64,000 nt of DNA. Origin: a virus. Lineage: Duplodnaviria; Heunggongvirae; Uroviricota; Caudoviricetes. The notes beneath the pieces are model-generated. The model saw only the letters and a list, made by a program, of their open reading frames with translations, had not been told where the DNA came from and made no database searches. The stretch lies in the IMG/VR virus record IMGVR_UViG_3300033067_000531, one strand, 5' to 3'. Positions 5,019-13,373 of this stretch are shown piece by piece (within the stretch, counting starts at the first letter, position 1; every line of letters begins with the position of its first letter). Position numbers and translations under genes: made by a program.

Positions 5019-5027
5019 AATGTCTCC

Positions 5028-5066
5028 ATTATACAATAAAAAAAGGGGACTGTCAAGCCCCCTTTT
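5028..5066 (-). promoter_or_regulatory. Consensus early promoter TTGACA-17-TATAAT whose -35 lies in the loop of a terminator hairpin
   Basis: Minus strand GGGGC-TTGACA-GTCCCC-TTTTTT; -35 at 5051-5056, -10 at 5028-5033. Confidence 0.8.
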
Positions 5067-5148
5067 TATCATCTACCTTTAATACCAGGATTTTGCCTGT
5101 GTTCTTTGATAGATTGTATTGCCTCTAAAATACTCTTTAAAAAGGATT

Positions 5149-5571
5149 TCATTTTACGGCAATCTTCTTGATGGCGTCTTGGACTTTAACCATATTGGCC
5201 AGACCAATCTTCAACATACCGTTTGCCAATTCAGCATTCTCAATCTCGACCTTATCGGCGATTGTGAATTCACGTGTGAAGTTACGGTTTGCAATACCTT
5301 TGAACACGAAGCTCTCTGGTGCGTCCTCATCTTTTGCATTACCTTTAACGACAAGTTTATTGCCTTCTAAAGTAACTTCAATATCTTGCTTGGCAAAACC
5401 AGCAACAGCCATTTCAATAACGTATTTGTTATCAGAGACTTGTTTGATATTGTATGGAGGATAAGACATGGCCTTTTGCAACTGTTTTGAGGTCTTTTCT
5501 AGTTCCTCAAATACATCGGTGAAACCGATTGTGAAAGGGTCAAAGCGTTTGAAATTGAACAATTCGTTCAT
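5149..5571 (-). CDS. hsp20: Small heat shock protein Hsp20 (IbpA-like)
   Basis: SYPPYNI, IEMAVAGF, KGIANRNFTREF, A.L.NGML.I alpha-crystallin motifs. Confidence 0.95.
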   Translation of the reverse strand: MNELFNFKRFDPFTIGFTDVFEELEKTSKQLQKAMSYPPYNIKQVSDNKYVIEMAVAGFAKQDIEVTLEGNKLVVKGNAKDEDAPESFVFKGIANRNFTREFTIADKVEIENAELANGMLKIGLANMVKVQDAIKKIAVK

Positions 5572-5790
5572 AGTAGTTCTCCTAATTTAGCGAGTTTAAA
5601 AATGATACCCCGAAGGCATATCGTTGTTCCAGCTTACCTTATACTGGCTCGAACTTTCGTGTCGAGGGTGTAATTACACGGACGCCTTATGCCGAGCATC
5701 TAACGCTCCCAAGGTAGGGACTTATTAGTGACAGTTGTTTACATGGTTACTGCCGCCATGTTCCCATCCCGAGTGGGACAAATATATTTA
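5572..5790 (-). ncRNA. Highly structured ~210-nt 5' leader or ncRNA upstream of hsp20
   Basis: Starts at a TAAATA late-promoter core (5785-5790) and contains at least six consecutive hairpins; no convincing ORF. Confidence 0.55.
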
Positions 5791-6195
5791 GTTGGATTGA
5801 GGTTTTTTTCCGATATTATATTTCGGTACTAATTGCCACTTGTCTTTCTCTTTGTGAGAAATAATCTTAACTTGTGATAGGAAGATAGGTTCTGGTGTTT
5901 CCGTTTGTCTCTTATCAACAACCTTTAATAGTCCCCAGTCTTCCAACAAATTAACGATGGCATTCCTACGTGCCAAGTCGTTCTCGGTAATATCAGTTGG
6001 TTTACCATCCAACGCAAATAGTTCTTTAAAGTGTACCACATAATACTGTCCACGCTTGTGGAGAATGTGACACGACTGAAACAAGGTGTTGTCTTTCTTT
6101 GAGGCCACTCCAATTCTGGTCAGTGTCTCACGTACTTTCAAAAAATCATCTTGTTCCTTTAATGTAACTTCTACTAAATCCTTAACATCAATCAT
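5788..6195 (-). CDS. regA: Translational repressor RegA
   Basis: DDFLKVRETLTRIGVAS, QSCHILHKRGQYYVVHFKELFALDG signature. Confidence 0.96.
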   Translation of the reverse strand: MIDVKDLVEVTLKEQDDFLKVRETLTRIGVASKKDNTLFQSCHILHKRGQYYVVHFKELFALDGKPTDITENDLARRNAIVNLLEDWGLLKVVDKRQTETPEPIFLSQVKIISHKEKDKWQLVPKYNIGKKPQSN

Positions 6196-6578
6196 TTCAC
6201 TCCGCCTTTGTCTGTTCTTTTTCTTATTTCAGCGATTTGGTCATCTGTAAGTATACGAAGTGCTTCAATGGCTTTTTGGTCGGAATAACCAAAATATGTT
6301 TTAACACATTCAATATCTTTCTCTTTACTGGCTTTCTGCCACGGTTGAAATTTCCGTTTCATCGGCCTGATAGTATTTAGAAGATAGTTATACTGCATAT
6401 CCTTGTCTAAAGAAGGATGCAGATTCAATTCGTTCACATGGAGAATACAATCCAGGTGATAAGACAAAGAACGATTGACGACAAAGGGTGTGTAGTCTCT
6501 GTAATCTAATTCATCACGGAGAACAGACTTACCTGTTTGTAGGATGGACGGAATAATCTCCTTGAATAAATCTGGCAT
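6192..6578 (-). CDS. gp62: Clamp loader small subunit
   Basis: Y.PFVVNRSLS, DMQYNYLLNTIR..KRF.PW.K, YFGYS..KA.EAL.IL; position between gp44 and regA. Confidence 0.92.
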   Translation of the reverse strand: MPDLFKEIIPSILQTGKSVLRDELDYRDYTPFVVNRSLSYHLDCILHVNELNLHPSLDKDMQYNYLLNTIRPMKRKFQPWQKASKEKDIECVKTYFGYSDQKAIEALRILTDDQIAEIRKRTDKGGVK

Positions 6579-7510
6579 TACTTGAACTCACATTCCACCA
6601 TGATTTCTGTAAGACAAGCCATCAAATTGATTTCATGGTCGGCAACGAAGGCTGATTGATATTGATACTTTGCAAGGATAAGAACCAGTTGTGGCACCGA
6701 ACCACCTTTGAGTTGTTCGTAAAGACCATCATACAAAGTGCGGAAAATACGTGCAGGATCATTATCCAAGTTGTTGGTAACCCATTTGCGGCAAGATGCG
6801 AACTCTTTACCTGCAAGAGATTTAACCAATTCACCTAGTTGCACATCGGAAACTGATGCAAGAATACCTTTGTCAATTGTGCCAGAAGCACTATAGCGCT
6901 GAAGCTCATTAAGAATACGGCGATTATCAGGGAAATGCTTCGTAATAACGGCAGCAACCACTTGTTTATCATAAGCAACCTTTTCAATATCTAGAATGCC
7001 ACATACACGTTGGAAGAATTGGCTGGCCATCTTGGCTTTAGAACCATTGGCTTTGAAGTCAATCACAGCACAACGAGAGTGCAACGGATCAATGATACGA
7101 TTCTTGAAGTTACAAGTGAAGATGAAAGAACAGTTAGAAGCAAATTCTTCGATACCGGCACGAAGGATAGCCTGTGCGTTTGGTGTCAAGTAATCAGCTT
7201 CATCAAGGATAACAACCTTGCGACCACCATGCAAAGACATAGATGATGCATAGTTCTTAATCTTGGTACGAACCGCATCAACACCGTTTTCATCTGAACC
7301 GTTGATGATGATGTAGTCACAACCAACTTCTTGACACAAGGCACGAGCAACGGTTGTTTTACCAACACCTGCGGTACCACACAACAACAGGTTAGGGATT
7401 TCTTTTCTTGTTACGTATTCCTGAAATGTGCTTTTCAAAGCATCAGGTAAAATGCAATCTTCAATGGTTTGAGGACGATACTTCTCAATCCACAACATGT
7501 GTTCACTCAT
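6578..7510 (-). CDS. gp44: Clamp loader AAA+ subunit
   Basis: WIEKYRP, GTAGVGKTT Walker A, ILDEAD, SRC motif. Confidence 0.96.
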   Translation of the reverse strand: MSEHMLWIEKYRPQTIEDCILPDALKSTFQEYVTRKEIPNLLLCGTAGVGKTTVARALCQEVGCDYIIINGSDENGVDAVRTKIKNYASSMSLHGGRKVVILDEADYLTPNAQAILRAGIEEFASNCSFIFTCNFKNRIIDPLHSRCAVIDFKANGSKAKMASQFFQRVCGILDIEKVAYDKQVVAAVITKHFPDNRRILNELQRYSASGTIDKGILASVSDVQLGELVKSLAGKEFASCRKWVTNNLDNDPARIFRTLYDGLYEQLKGGSVPQLVLILAKYQYQSAFVADHEINLMACLTEIMVECEFK

Positions 7511-7540
7511 TCAAATTCTCCATAATAAAAATATATTGTA

Positions 7541-7876
7541 TCAGATTTTACGCCAAGTGTCATTCTCTTTGACGTAAAGTTTACCGTCAGGTCCAGGTAC
7601 AATTTGAACTGATACTTTCTTTTCTGTACCTTCCACATAATCTTGTCCATAGAACTGCAAAGAATATGGACTATGTGATTTAGGTTTGGGTGTACCATAT
7701 ACTGCTTGTAACATCAGTACAGGTTTGTTTTCAAGTTGTTTTTCTAACTCTACCGTAGGAAATTCATCGCCACGGTAAACAACCTTCGTAGTTTCTTTGT
7801 AAGCGGTAACACCAGCGCCAACTAGGCCGAGAAGGCCTAGTGACTTGGCAAAACTTCTTCTGCCTACGGGTTCCAT
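7541..7876 (-). CDS. Hypothetical protein with twin-arginine (Tat) signal peptide
   Basis: N-terminus GRRSFAK followed by hydrophobic SLGLLGLVGAGVTA. Confidence 0.7.
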   Translation of the reverse strand: MEPVGRRSFAKSLGLLGLVGAGVTAYKETTKVVYRGDEFPTVELEKQLENKPVLMLQAVYGTPKPKSHSPYSLQFYGQDYVEGTEKKVSVQIVPGPDGKLYVKENDTWRKI

Positions 7877-8151
7877 TACTTAACCTCTACCATACTTTCG
7901 TATAGTGCTTCAAACTCTTTGTATTCCGCAACTTCAGTTTGGAATGAGTTTTTGTGTTGTACTTTAGCCATACGTTTGATAATCTTCTTAGGGATTTTCA
8001 ATTCTTCGTTTGCAGCATCAACAATGTCTTTGATTGCTGCGTTGTTAGCATCGTTACGGTGCATATGCAATACTGCTTCGTCAACATAACCCTTGAGTTT
8101 CTTCAAGGCGTCATCATCAAATTCACCGAACAAGGTATTTACTTTTGTCAT
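7876..8151 (-). CDS. dsbA: dsDNA-binding protein DsbA-like
   Basis: Size and pattern (IKDI...A.EEL.I..K...RMAKV.HK..F..E..E.E.LYE) resemble T4 DsbA. Confidence 0.7.
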   Translation of the reverse strand: MTKVNTLFGEFDDDALKKLKGYVDEAVLHMHRNDANNAAIKDIVDAANEELKIPKKIIKRMAKVQHKNSFQTEVAEYKEFEALYESMVEVK

Positions 8152-8153
8152 AA

Positions 8154-8828
8154 TTACTCTCCGAATTTAGAATCTTTTGCTTCGATGGCGATGAAGTATT
8201 CCAAGTCGCCTGCTTCGTTTGTGAAGTGTGCAAGACCAGCACTAGAGATATCAATGTTGTATGTACCAGGAATCATCTTGAAGTTTTCTGTCAAGAATAC
8301 TGCCTTGAATACTTTGTCATCTTTGGCATCACCAATTTCGATGGTGTTTGTATGTGAAGAATCATCTTTGGAGTTGAATACTGTCACAGAGATTTTTTCA
8401 CCATCAGATTCAAAAGCAAGGTTAGGTGCCTGCAAGACAGAAGCGTTCTTCAATGCTTGTGCCAAATCTTCATCTTTCAACTGGAAAGAACCATCGACAG
8501 ACGGTAGTTTCAACTCTTTATCTGGAGGAGAAACAATCATGTTCTTCGCAGTCATACGATACTTGGTCTTAGAACGACCAGATTTAAATGTAACGTTATT
8601 GGAATCGAATTCCAACTCCGTATCTTTACCCAAAGAATGTACCGACAAGAACTGGTTCAAGTCATAGATACAGAAATCTTGTGGGAAATCGTCCTTCAAA
8701 GTGGCTTTTGCCAATACAGTCTTTGTAGACGAGATTGTAGATAGTTTGTTGCCGGTCTTGAACTCAATACCTGAGTTGATACCTGCAAAGTTTTTCAACA
8801 CGTTAAGTGTTTCGTTTGATAATTTCAT
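8154..8828 (-). CDS. gp45: Sliding clamp
   Basis: MKLS.ETL.VLKNFAGINSGI, DF.IYDLNQFLSV, C-terminal YFIAIE.DSKF. Confidence 0.95.
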   Translation of the reverse strand: MKLSNETLNVLKNFAGINSGIEFKTGNKLSTISSTKTVLAKATLKDDFPQDFCIYDLNQFLSVHSLGKDTELEFDSNNVTFKSGRSKTKYRMTAKNMIVSPPDKELKLPSVDGSFQLKDEDLAQALKNASVLQAPNLAFESDGEKISVTVFNSKDDSSHTNTIEIGDAKDDKVFKAVFLTENFKMIPGTYNIDISSAGLAHFTNEAGDLEYFIAIEAKDSKFGE

Positions 8829-8836
8829 AATAACTC

Positions 8837-9487
8837 CTATTTCAATTCACTCATTATATGCGAACCGTAAGTAATACGCAAGCATTTTACTAGGTTCTGT
8901 TTCAAGTCTTCCACAGTACCAGAATTTATGACCTTGTGGTCAATCTGACCGCCAATCCAGCGCCATTCAGATTCGTGTACACCAGATTGTTCTTTCATAA
9001 ACTTCTCGGCTTTAGTGTCGCCTTGGTTTGCCATGGATGCAACACCATACCAATGAGGTGCAACACCACGTTCAATTTCGATAGTTACACCATTCATGCT
9101 ATGTACAAAGTCTAATTCGTTCTGGAATCGAACATCGGTGATTACATAGTTTTGGTGTGGGTTTTCTTGCATGAATTTTTTCAAACGAATAACCCAAAAA
9201 TCCTCATGGAATACTTCACGACCAACTTCTGTACCCATCAACTGTAATGCGTATCGTGGTGTGAAAGATTTACCAAATTCTGCCGACCAAAATTTATCTG
9301 GTTGTTCACGCCATTCACGTGATACTTGTGTATCGCCTTCCAACAGATGACGAGGCCATCCAAACATTTCAGATGCCACGTCCTTAACACCCTTAGCAAA
9401 AGACACAGGAGTAAATCCCATGTCTTTCAGAATGTCACCTGCGGTGCCTTTACCTGAACCAATAAATCCAAGTAAACCAACAATCAT
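8837..9487 (-). CDS. gp1: Deoxynucleoside monophosphate kinase
   Basis: GFIGSGKGT P-loop, TPR.ALQ.MGTE, ITDVRF.NE, HESE. Confidence 0.92.
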   Translation of the reverse strand: MIVGLLGFIGSGKGTAGDILKDMGFTPVSFAKGVKDVASEMFGWPRHLLEGDTQVSREWREQPDKFWSAEFGKSFTPRYALQLMGTEVGREVFHEDFWVIRLKKFMQENPHQNYVITDVRFQNELDFVHSMNGVTIEIERGVAPHWYGVASMANQGDTKAEKFMKEQSGVHESEWRWIGGQIDHKVINSGTVEDLKQNLVKCLRITYGSHIMSELK

Positions 9488-10305
9488 TACATTTCTCCAA
9501 CGTAATTTGCTACAGCTGGCATATCACCACGGAAGTGATAGGTACCGATATGGTCAGTTTTCATCCATGGACACAGATAGATTTTACCGCCAATTTTACG
9601 GAACATTTGACAGAACATATAATCTTCTGACAAGTAACGGTCTGAACCACCACCTGTGATAGAGTCTTTGGTGTCAATCACTGTGTCGAAGTATGCGTGA
9701 ATGTAACGTGAACCGTCAAAGTGTGCTTGACCAACGTGGTCAGGACGGTAACGAATCATTGGATATGCTGCTTCCATTTGTGTAAACACATCACGTTTAA
9801 CCAACATGAAACCTGTACCGATTTCCAAAACTTCCAAAGGTTCTGTGATGTTGAATTGTGCTGTGCCTTTAACTGGGTTAAACACATAATCACCAGTTAC
9901 ATTGGCCAACTGTTCTGGTTCAATGTTAGGATTCTTTTCAATAGCCTTTTTAACAGCACGCCACTTAATGGCTTTCTTAGGATATGGACCACCGATAACG
10001 TCCTTGTCGAGTGCCAACAATGCGATAACGTCACGTGGGTCAAAGTGAATGTCTGAGTCCAAGAACAACAAATGTGTGCAGTCTGAACGGTTGACAAATT
10101 CATCAACCAAATAGTTACGAGCACGTGTGATTAAAGATTCATTGAAAAGAAATGAAAATTTAACTTGGATGCCATATTGCATACACAGTGCTTGTAGGTC
10201 AAGACATGCCTTAGCATATAGACCGTGGTTCATGCCACCGTACATCGGAGTGGCCACAAATAGTTTGTATTCTTGTAATTGTTCTTTTTTAATTGAAATT
10301 TCCAT
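9487..10305 (-). CDS. GT-A fold glycosyltransferase-like protein
   Basis: LFVATPMYGG, ESLITRARN, THLLFLDSD (DxD), IGTGFMLVKR, YLSEDYMFC. The ATG at 10305 has a GGAG RBS (ORF track starts at 10320). Confidence 0.75.
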   Translation of the reverse strand: MEISIKKEQLQEYKLFVATPMYGGMNHGLYAKACLDLQALCMQYGIQVKFSFLFNESLITRARNYLVDEFVNRSDCTHLLFLDSDIHFDPRDVIALLALDKDVIGGPYPKKAIKWRAVKKAIEKNPNIEPEQLANVTGDYVFNPVKGTAQFNITEPLEVLEIGTGFMLVKRDVFTQMEAAYPMIRYRPDHVGQAHFDGSRYIHAYFDTVIDTKDSITGGGSDRYLSEDYMFCQMFRKIGGKIYLCPWMKTDHIGTYHFRGDMPAVANYVGEM

Positions 10306-10317
10306 TTTCTCTCCAAA

Positions 10318-10352
10318 CAAAAATAGGGAGAACCATTACTGGTGTCTCCCTT
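10318..10352 (-). terminator. Rho-independent terminator
   Basis: Minus strand AGGGAGA-CACCAGTAATGGT-TCTCCCT followed by ATTTTT. Confidence 0.75.
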
Positions 10353-10364
10353 GAAAAGGTTTGA

Positions 10365-10637
10365 TTAAGCTGTAAAGCTGTAACCTGCCTTCAATGCAGC
10401 ACGAACCATAGCTTTGGTCGGTGTGCCTAGGCGGTAAACACTAACCTTAGAACCATCGTTCTTGGTTACAGTGTTTGTGTAGATGCAGTGGCCTTCTTGG
10501 CGCAATTCATCAATACGTGCGGATACGTTTTGTACTCCGAACAATTTGCGACCTTGTGCAACAGAGAAGGTATTGTAACCCTCAGTCTTGCTCAAATAGT
10601 TAACCATCTTTTGTTTTGCGGAAGTGCGTGTAGTCAT
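10365..10637 (-). CDS. Winged helix-turn-helix DNA-binding protein
   Basis: FSVAQGRKLFGVQNVSARIDELRQEGH.I.T recognition helix plus beta-wing ..YRLG. Confidence 0.75.
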   Translation of the reverse strand: MTTRTSAKQKMVNYLSKTEGYNTFSVAQGRKLFGVQNVSARIDELRQEGHCIYTNTVTKNDGSKVSVYRLGTPTKAMVRAALKAGYSFTA

Positions 10638-10687
10638 ATCAAACTCCTAATAATAAATTAAAAATATAAGTCTTGCTTGTTGCAAGT

Positions 10688-10722
10688 GTCACTATTATAG
10701 TATTATATAGTGACCGTGTCAA
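10688..10722 (-). promoter_or_regulatory. Consensus promoter TTGACA-17-TATAAT overlapped by an 8-bp inverted repeat
   Basis: -35 at 10717-10722, -10 at 10694-10699, GTCACTAT-N11-ATAGTGAC at 10688-10714. Confidence 0.75.
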
Positions 10723-10727
10723 GCGTC

Positions 10728-12005
10728 CTACCTACCAACTTGTGGTAAATATTTCGCCTTGGTTTCCTCCCATGTCAGGAAAATAAGGTCGTCATAGAAT
10801 AGAGATTCGTAGGAAACGGTATTCTTCTTTTTCAACATGGAAATCCGGCCTTTGGCATACTTGGTTTTCCAAATATTAGTCAAGGCCTCAACACTGGTAT
10901 CGAAGGACTTTACCAGTTTATCATCCGTAATTTCTTTACGGAGGAATTCGGGTGTGTTGTCATACAGAGGAGAGAAATAAATGCCACGTTGGTGGGCACA
11001 TTTAACCAATTCTTTTGGTACTTTCAACTTACTGTATGCAAAATGTAATGTACGGTTTTTGTGGTCACGTTTGTAAGGAAGGCCATTTGGTTTCTTGGCT
11101 TCCCACCATTCAAAGTAATGACGAGTATGATTCTCTTTTACCCAATCGTATATTTTGTTGAGTATATCACGGTTAGGATCAAAAGCGACTGAGCCACTAC
11201 TAAATCCCATTTTATTCCAGTGTTCGAGCCCATCATACTGAGATAGGCCATTGGACTTTGTATTACCATATAATGAAGTAGTAGTAACCCCAACAAGAAC
11301 GTCACCATATTGTCTTTTCCAATCTTCTTGTACTGTATCAGATAAACATAACAACGCCAACAACTTACCGCCCATGTAATTGAAACCGAGTGGTTGAAGT
11401 GGCACAATAGTAGAACCGATGGCAGTGTGATTAATCATGTTACCTGTGGTCTTAATATCTTTAGGCCAACCAATGAACTGGTCACGAGGAGTCAAGTCCA
11501 GGAAGTCTGAACTGATACAGATGACACCAAGATACTTACCTGTGATTTCATCGGTTACGGTGTAGAATAGGTTGCGTCCAATGTTGGAGTTATTCTTCAT
11601 TGTTGACGAGAATGTACGCAAGGTGTTCCAACCTTCAGCAAGCGGACCATTCGATAGAACCATTTTAGGTTTTAGGTTTGCATAATCATCTGGTGATTCT
11701 GGCATCCAAATGTTATTCTTAATATCTGCAATTACTTTTTCTGTTGACCTATCAATCAACTGCACTTCACTACCATATAATGTGGTAATGTGACGAGTTG
11801 GAAACTTTTCGTGTACCTCACACCATTTCTGGTACAAGGTATATTCACGAACATCCATCTGCGATTTGACCGTCAGGTCTGCAATAATTTCTTCACGTAA
11901 TTTATCTGTATCAATGTGTTCGAAGCGCTCTGGCTCATTTTCAATCTGCCAGAGTCTCCATTGTTCATCAATATCAGGTATTTGTTTTTTTGTTGCCATT
12001 CGCAA
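10728..12005 (-). CDS. DUF4338 (DruA-like) domain protein
   Basis: GRNL.Y.V.D..TGKYLG.I...SD, PLGFNYMGGKLLAL, TTSLYG..SQYDGL pattern recalled for DUF4338 proteins; not verified by search. Confidence 0.55.
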   Translation of the reverse strand: MRMATKKQIPDIDEQWRLWQIENEPERFEHIDTDKLREEIIADLTVKSQMDVREYTLYQKWCEVHEKFPTRHITTLYGSEVQLIDRSTEKVIADIKNNIWMPESPDDYANLKPKMVLSNGPLAEGWNTLRTFSSTMKNNSNIGRNLFYTVTDEITGKYLGVICISSDFLDLTPRDQFIGWPKDIKTTGNMINHTAIGSTIVPLQPLGFNYMGGKLLALLCLSDTVQEDWKRQYGDVLVGVTTTSLYGNTKSNGLSQYDGLEHWNKMGFSSGSVAFDPNRDILNKIYDWVKENHTRHYFEWWEAKKPNGLPYKRDHKNRTLHFAYSKLKVPKELVKCAHQRGIYFSPLYDNTPEFLRKEITDDKLVKSFDTSVEALTNIWKTKYAKGRISMLKKKNTVSYESLFYDDLIFLTWEETKAKYLPQVGR

Positions 12006-12588
12006 TATGCTTCATCATTTTAGGATTAAAATACTTGCGGTACATCTTCTCAACTTTTTTCATACCAGATTTTAACGCAAGTGGTTTACAACGTGTAGTA
12101 TACACGATTCCGTTTAAATGGTCAAGCTCATGTTGGAATACTCTGGAGGTAAGACCGTGGAACTCTTTGGTATGTAAGGCACCAGTAAAATCCTGGTATT
12201 CTACCACAATCTTTTCCGGTCTGGTAATGGCAAGTGTCAACAATGGGAAAGATACACAATTTTCTGGCATGTGTTTCTCACCTTCAACTGAGATAATTTT
12301 TGGATTAAAGTATGACACATATTGGTCACCACTGCCAACCACGAAAACTCTGTAATTGAAACCACATTGGATTGCGGATAGACCAAACGTTTTATGTTTG
12401 ATTGCAGTCTCAACTAAACGAGAAGCAAACTCATTTGGATCCACAGGTGGATTTGCGAAGTCAAATTCTGGTGCAACTTGACTAAATGTATCTTCCATTG
12501 GAGGAGCAAGTTCGAATGGTTGAACACTCTCCACCACTTTGGCCTTTTCGGCCGTGTCATATAAAACAATATCTTCATTATCACTCAT
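11974..12588 (-). CDS. def: Peptide deformylase
   Basis: GLSAIQCG (motif 1), ENCVSFP (motif 2), QHELDHLNG (HEXXH motif 3). Confidence 0.93.
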   Translation of the reverse strand: MSDNEDIVLYDTAEKAKVVESVQPFELAPPMEDTFSQVAPEFDFANPPVDPNEFASRLVETAIKHKTFGLSAIQCGFNYRVFVVGSGDQYVSYFNPKIISVEGEKHMPENCVSFPLLTLAITRPEKIVVEYQDFTGALHTKEFHGLTSRVFQHELDHLNGIVYTTRCKPLALKSGMKKVEKMYRKYFNPKMMKHIANGNKKTNT

Positions 12589-12596
12589 AATTTACC

Positions 12597-13373
12597 TCAC
12601 GCTAATACTACAGGAACACCAATGTTGTCTCTGACTTCCTGAAATGATTTACCTTCACGAGAACAACACAATAGAACATTCAGGTCATTCACGCCACGTA
12701 ATCTTGGTGCAAACTGCATACCAAAATGATTGTATAGTTCCATGAAAATGGACACACCACTAATATACTTATTGTAGTGTTTTCTCTGACACAAATAACC
12801 TTTGTTTTGTCCAATAGCAAACAACACCCAATCTTTATTCTCAAACAAGAACTGCATTGCACCACTGGTGACACCTGGATATTCAACGTCATTGTAATCA
12901 TCTAATACGATGATGGCACCATCCGCCATTTTAGTACTGAAATTACTCAAGTCTTTGTATACGGCACCATGTTCATGTGAACCATCAATGTGCAGGAATC
13001 TCAAAGGTTTATCAAACTGTAAACTGTCTGGAGTCAACGTTGTAGTATCACCGATTCTCCATTCACAGTTCTCGAACGTTCCATATTTGGTGATGTTGCC
13101 TTCGGCTTCGAGTCTTTCTTTTTCGGCAAAGTGGTCATACATGTAGAAGTTTTCACCATCTCTGCGGTAATTAGATACCGCAATCGCACTTAGACCGAAA
13201 GCGATACCAATTTCAGCCACATCACCGTCAACATCACGTTGCAGTTCTTTCATAATCATGTGAAAGATGGCATGGTCATATACGAAAAACCATCCACGTA
13301 CATTCTTTTCAACTGTGTTCTGGAAATACAACAGATTGTCGGCTGCTCCCCATTCTTTATTATATTCACTCAT
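12597..13373 (-). CDS. Class I SAM-dependent methyltransferase (Methyltransf_24-like)
   Basis: VAEIGIAFGLS, FLHIDGSHEHGAVYKDL, GAIIVLDDY..YPGV. Confidence 0.85.
   Translation of the reverse strand: MSEYNKEWGAADNLLYFQNTVEKNVRGWFFVYDHAIFHMIMKELQRDVDGDVAEIGIAFGLSAIAVSNYRRDGENFYMYDHFAEKERLEAEGNITKYGTFENCEWRIGDTTTLTPDSLQFDKPLRFLHIDGSHEHGAVYKDLSNFSTKMADGAIIVLDDYNDVEYPGVTSGAMQFLFENKDWVLFAIGQNKGYLCQRKHYNKYISGVSIFMELYNHFGMQFAPRLRGVNDLNVLLCCSREGKSFQEVRDNIGVPVVLA

Noticed and set aside
7954-8667. Plus-strand 237-aa ORF and the many other plus-strand or alternate-frame ORFs in the track
   Set aside because: Antisense shadows of well-supported genes (here gp45/dsbA); no RBS or motifs. Open shadow frames are expected opposite genes with biased codon usage.
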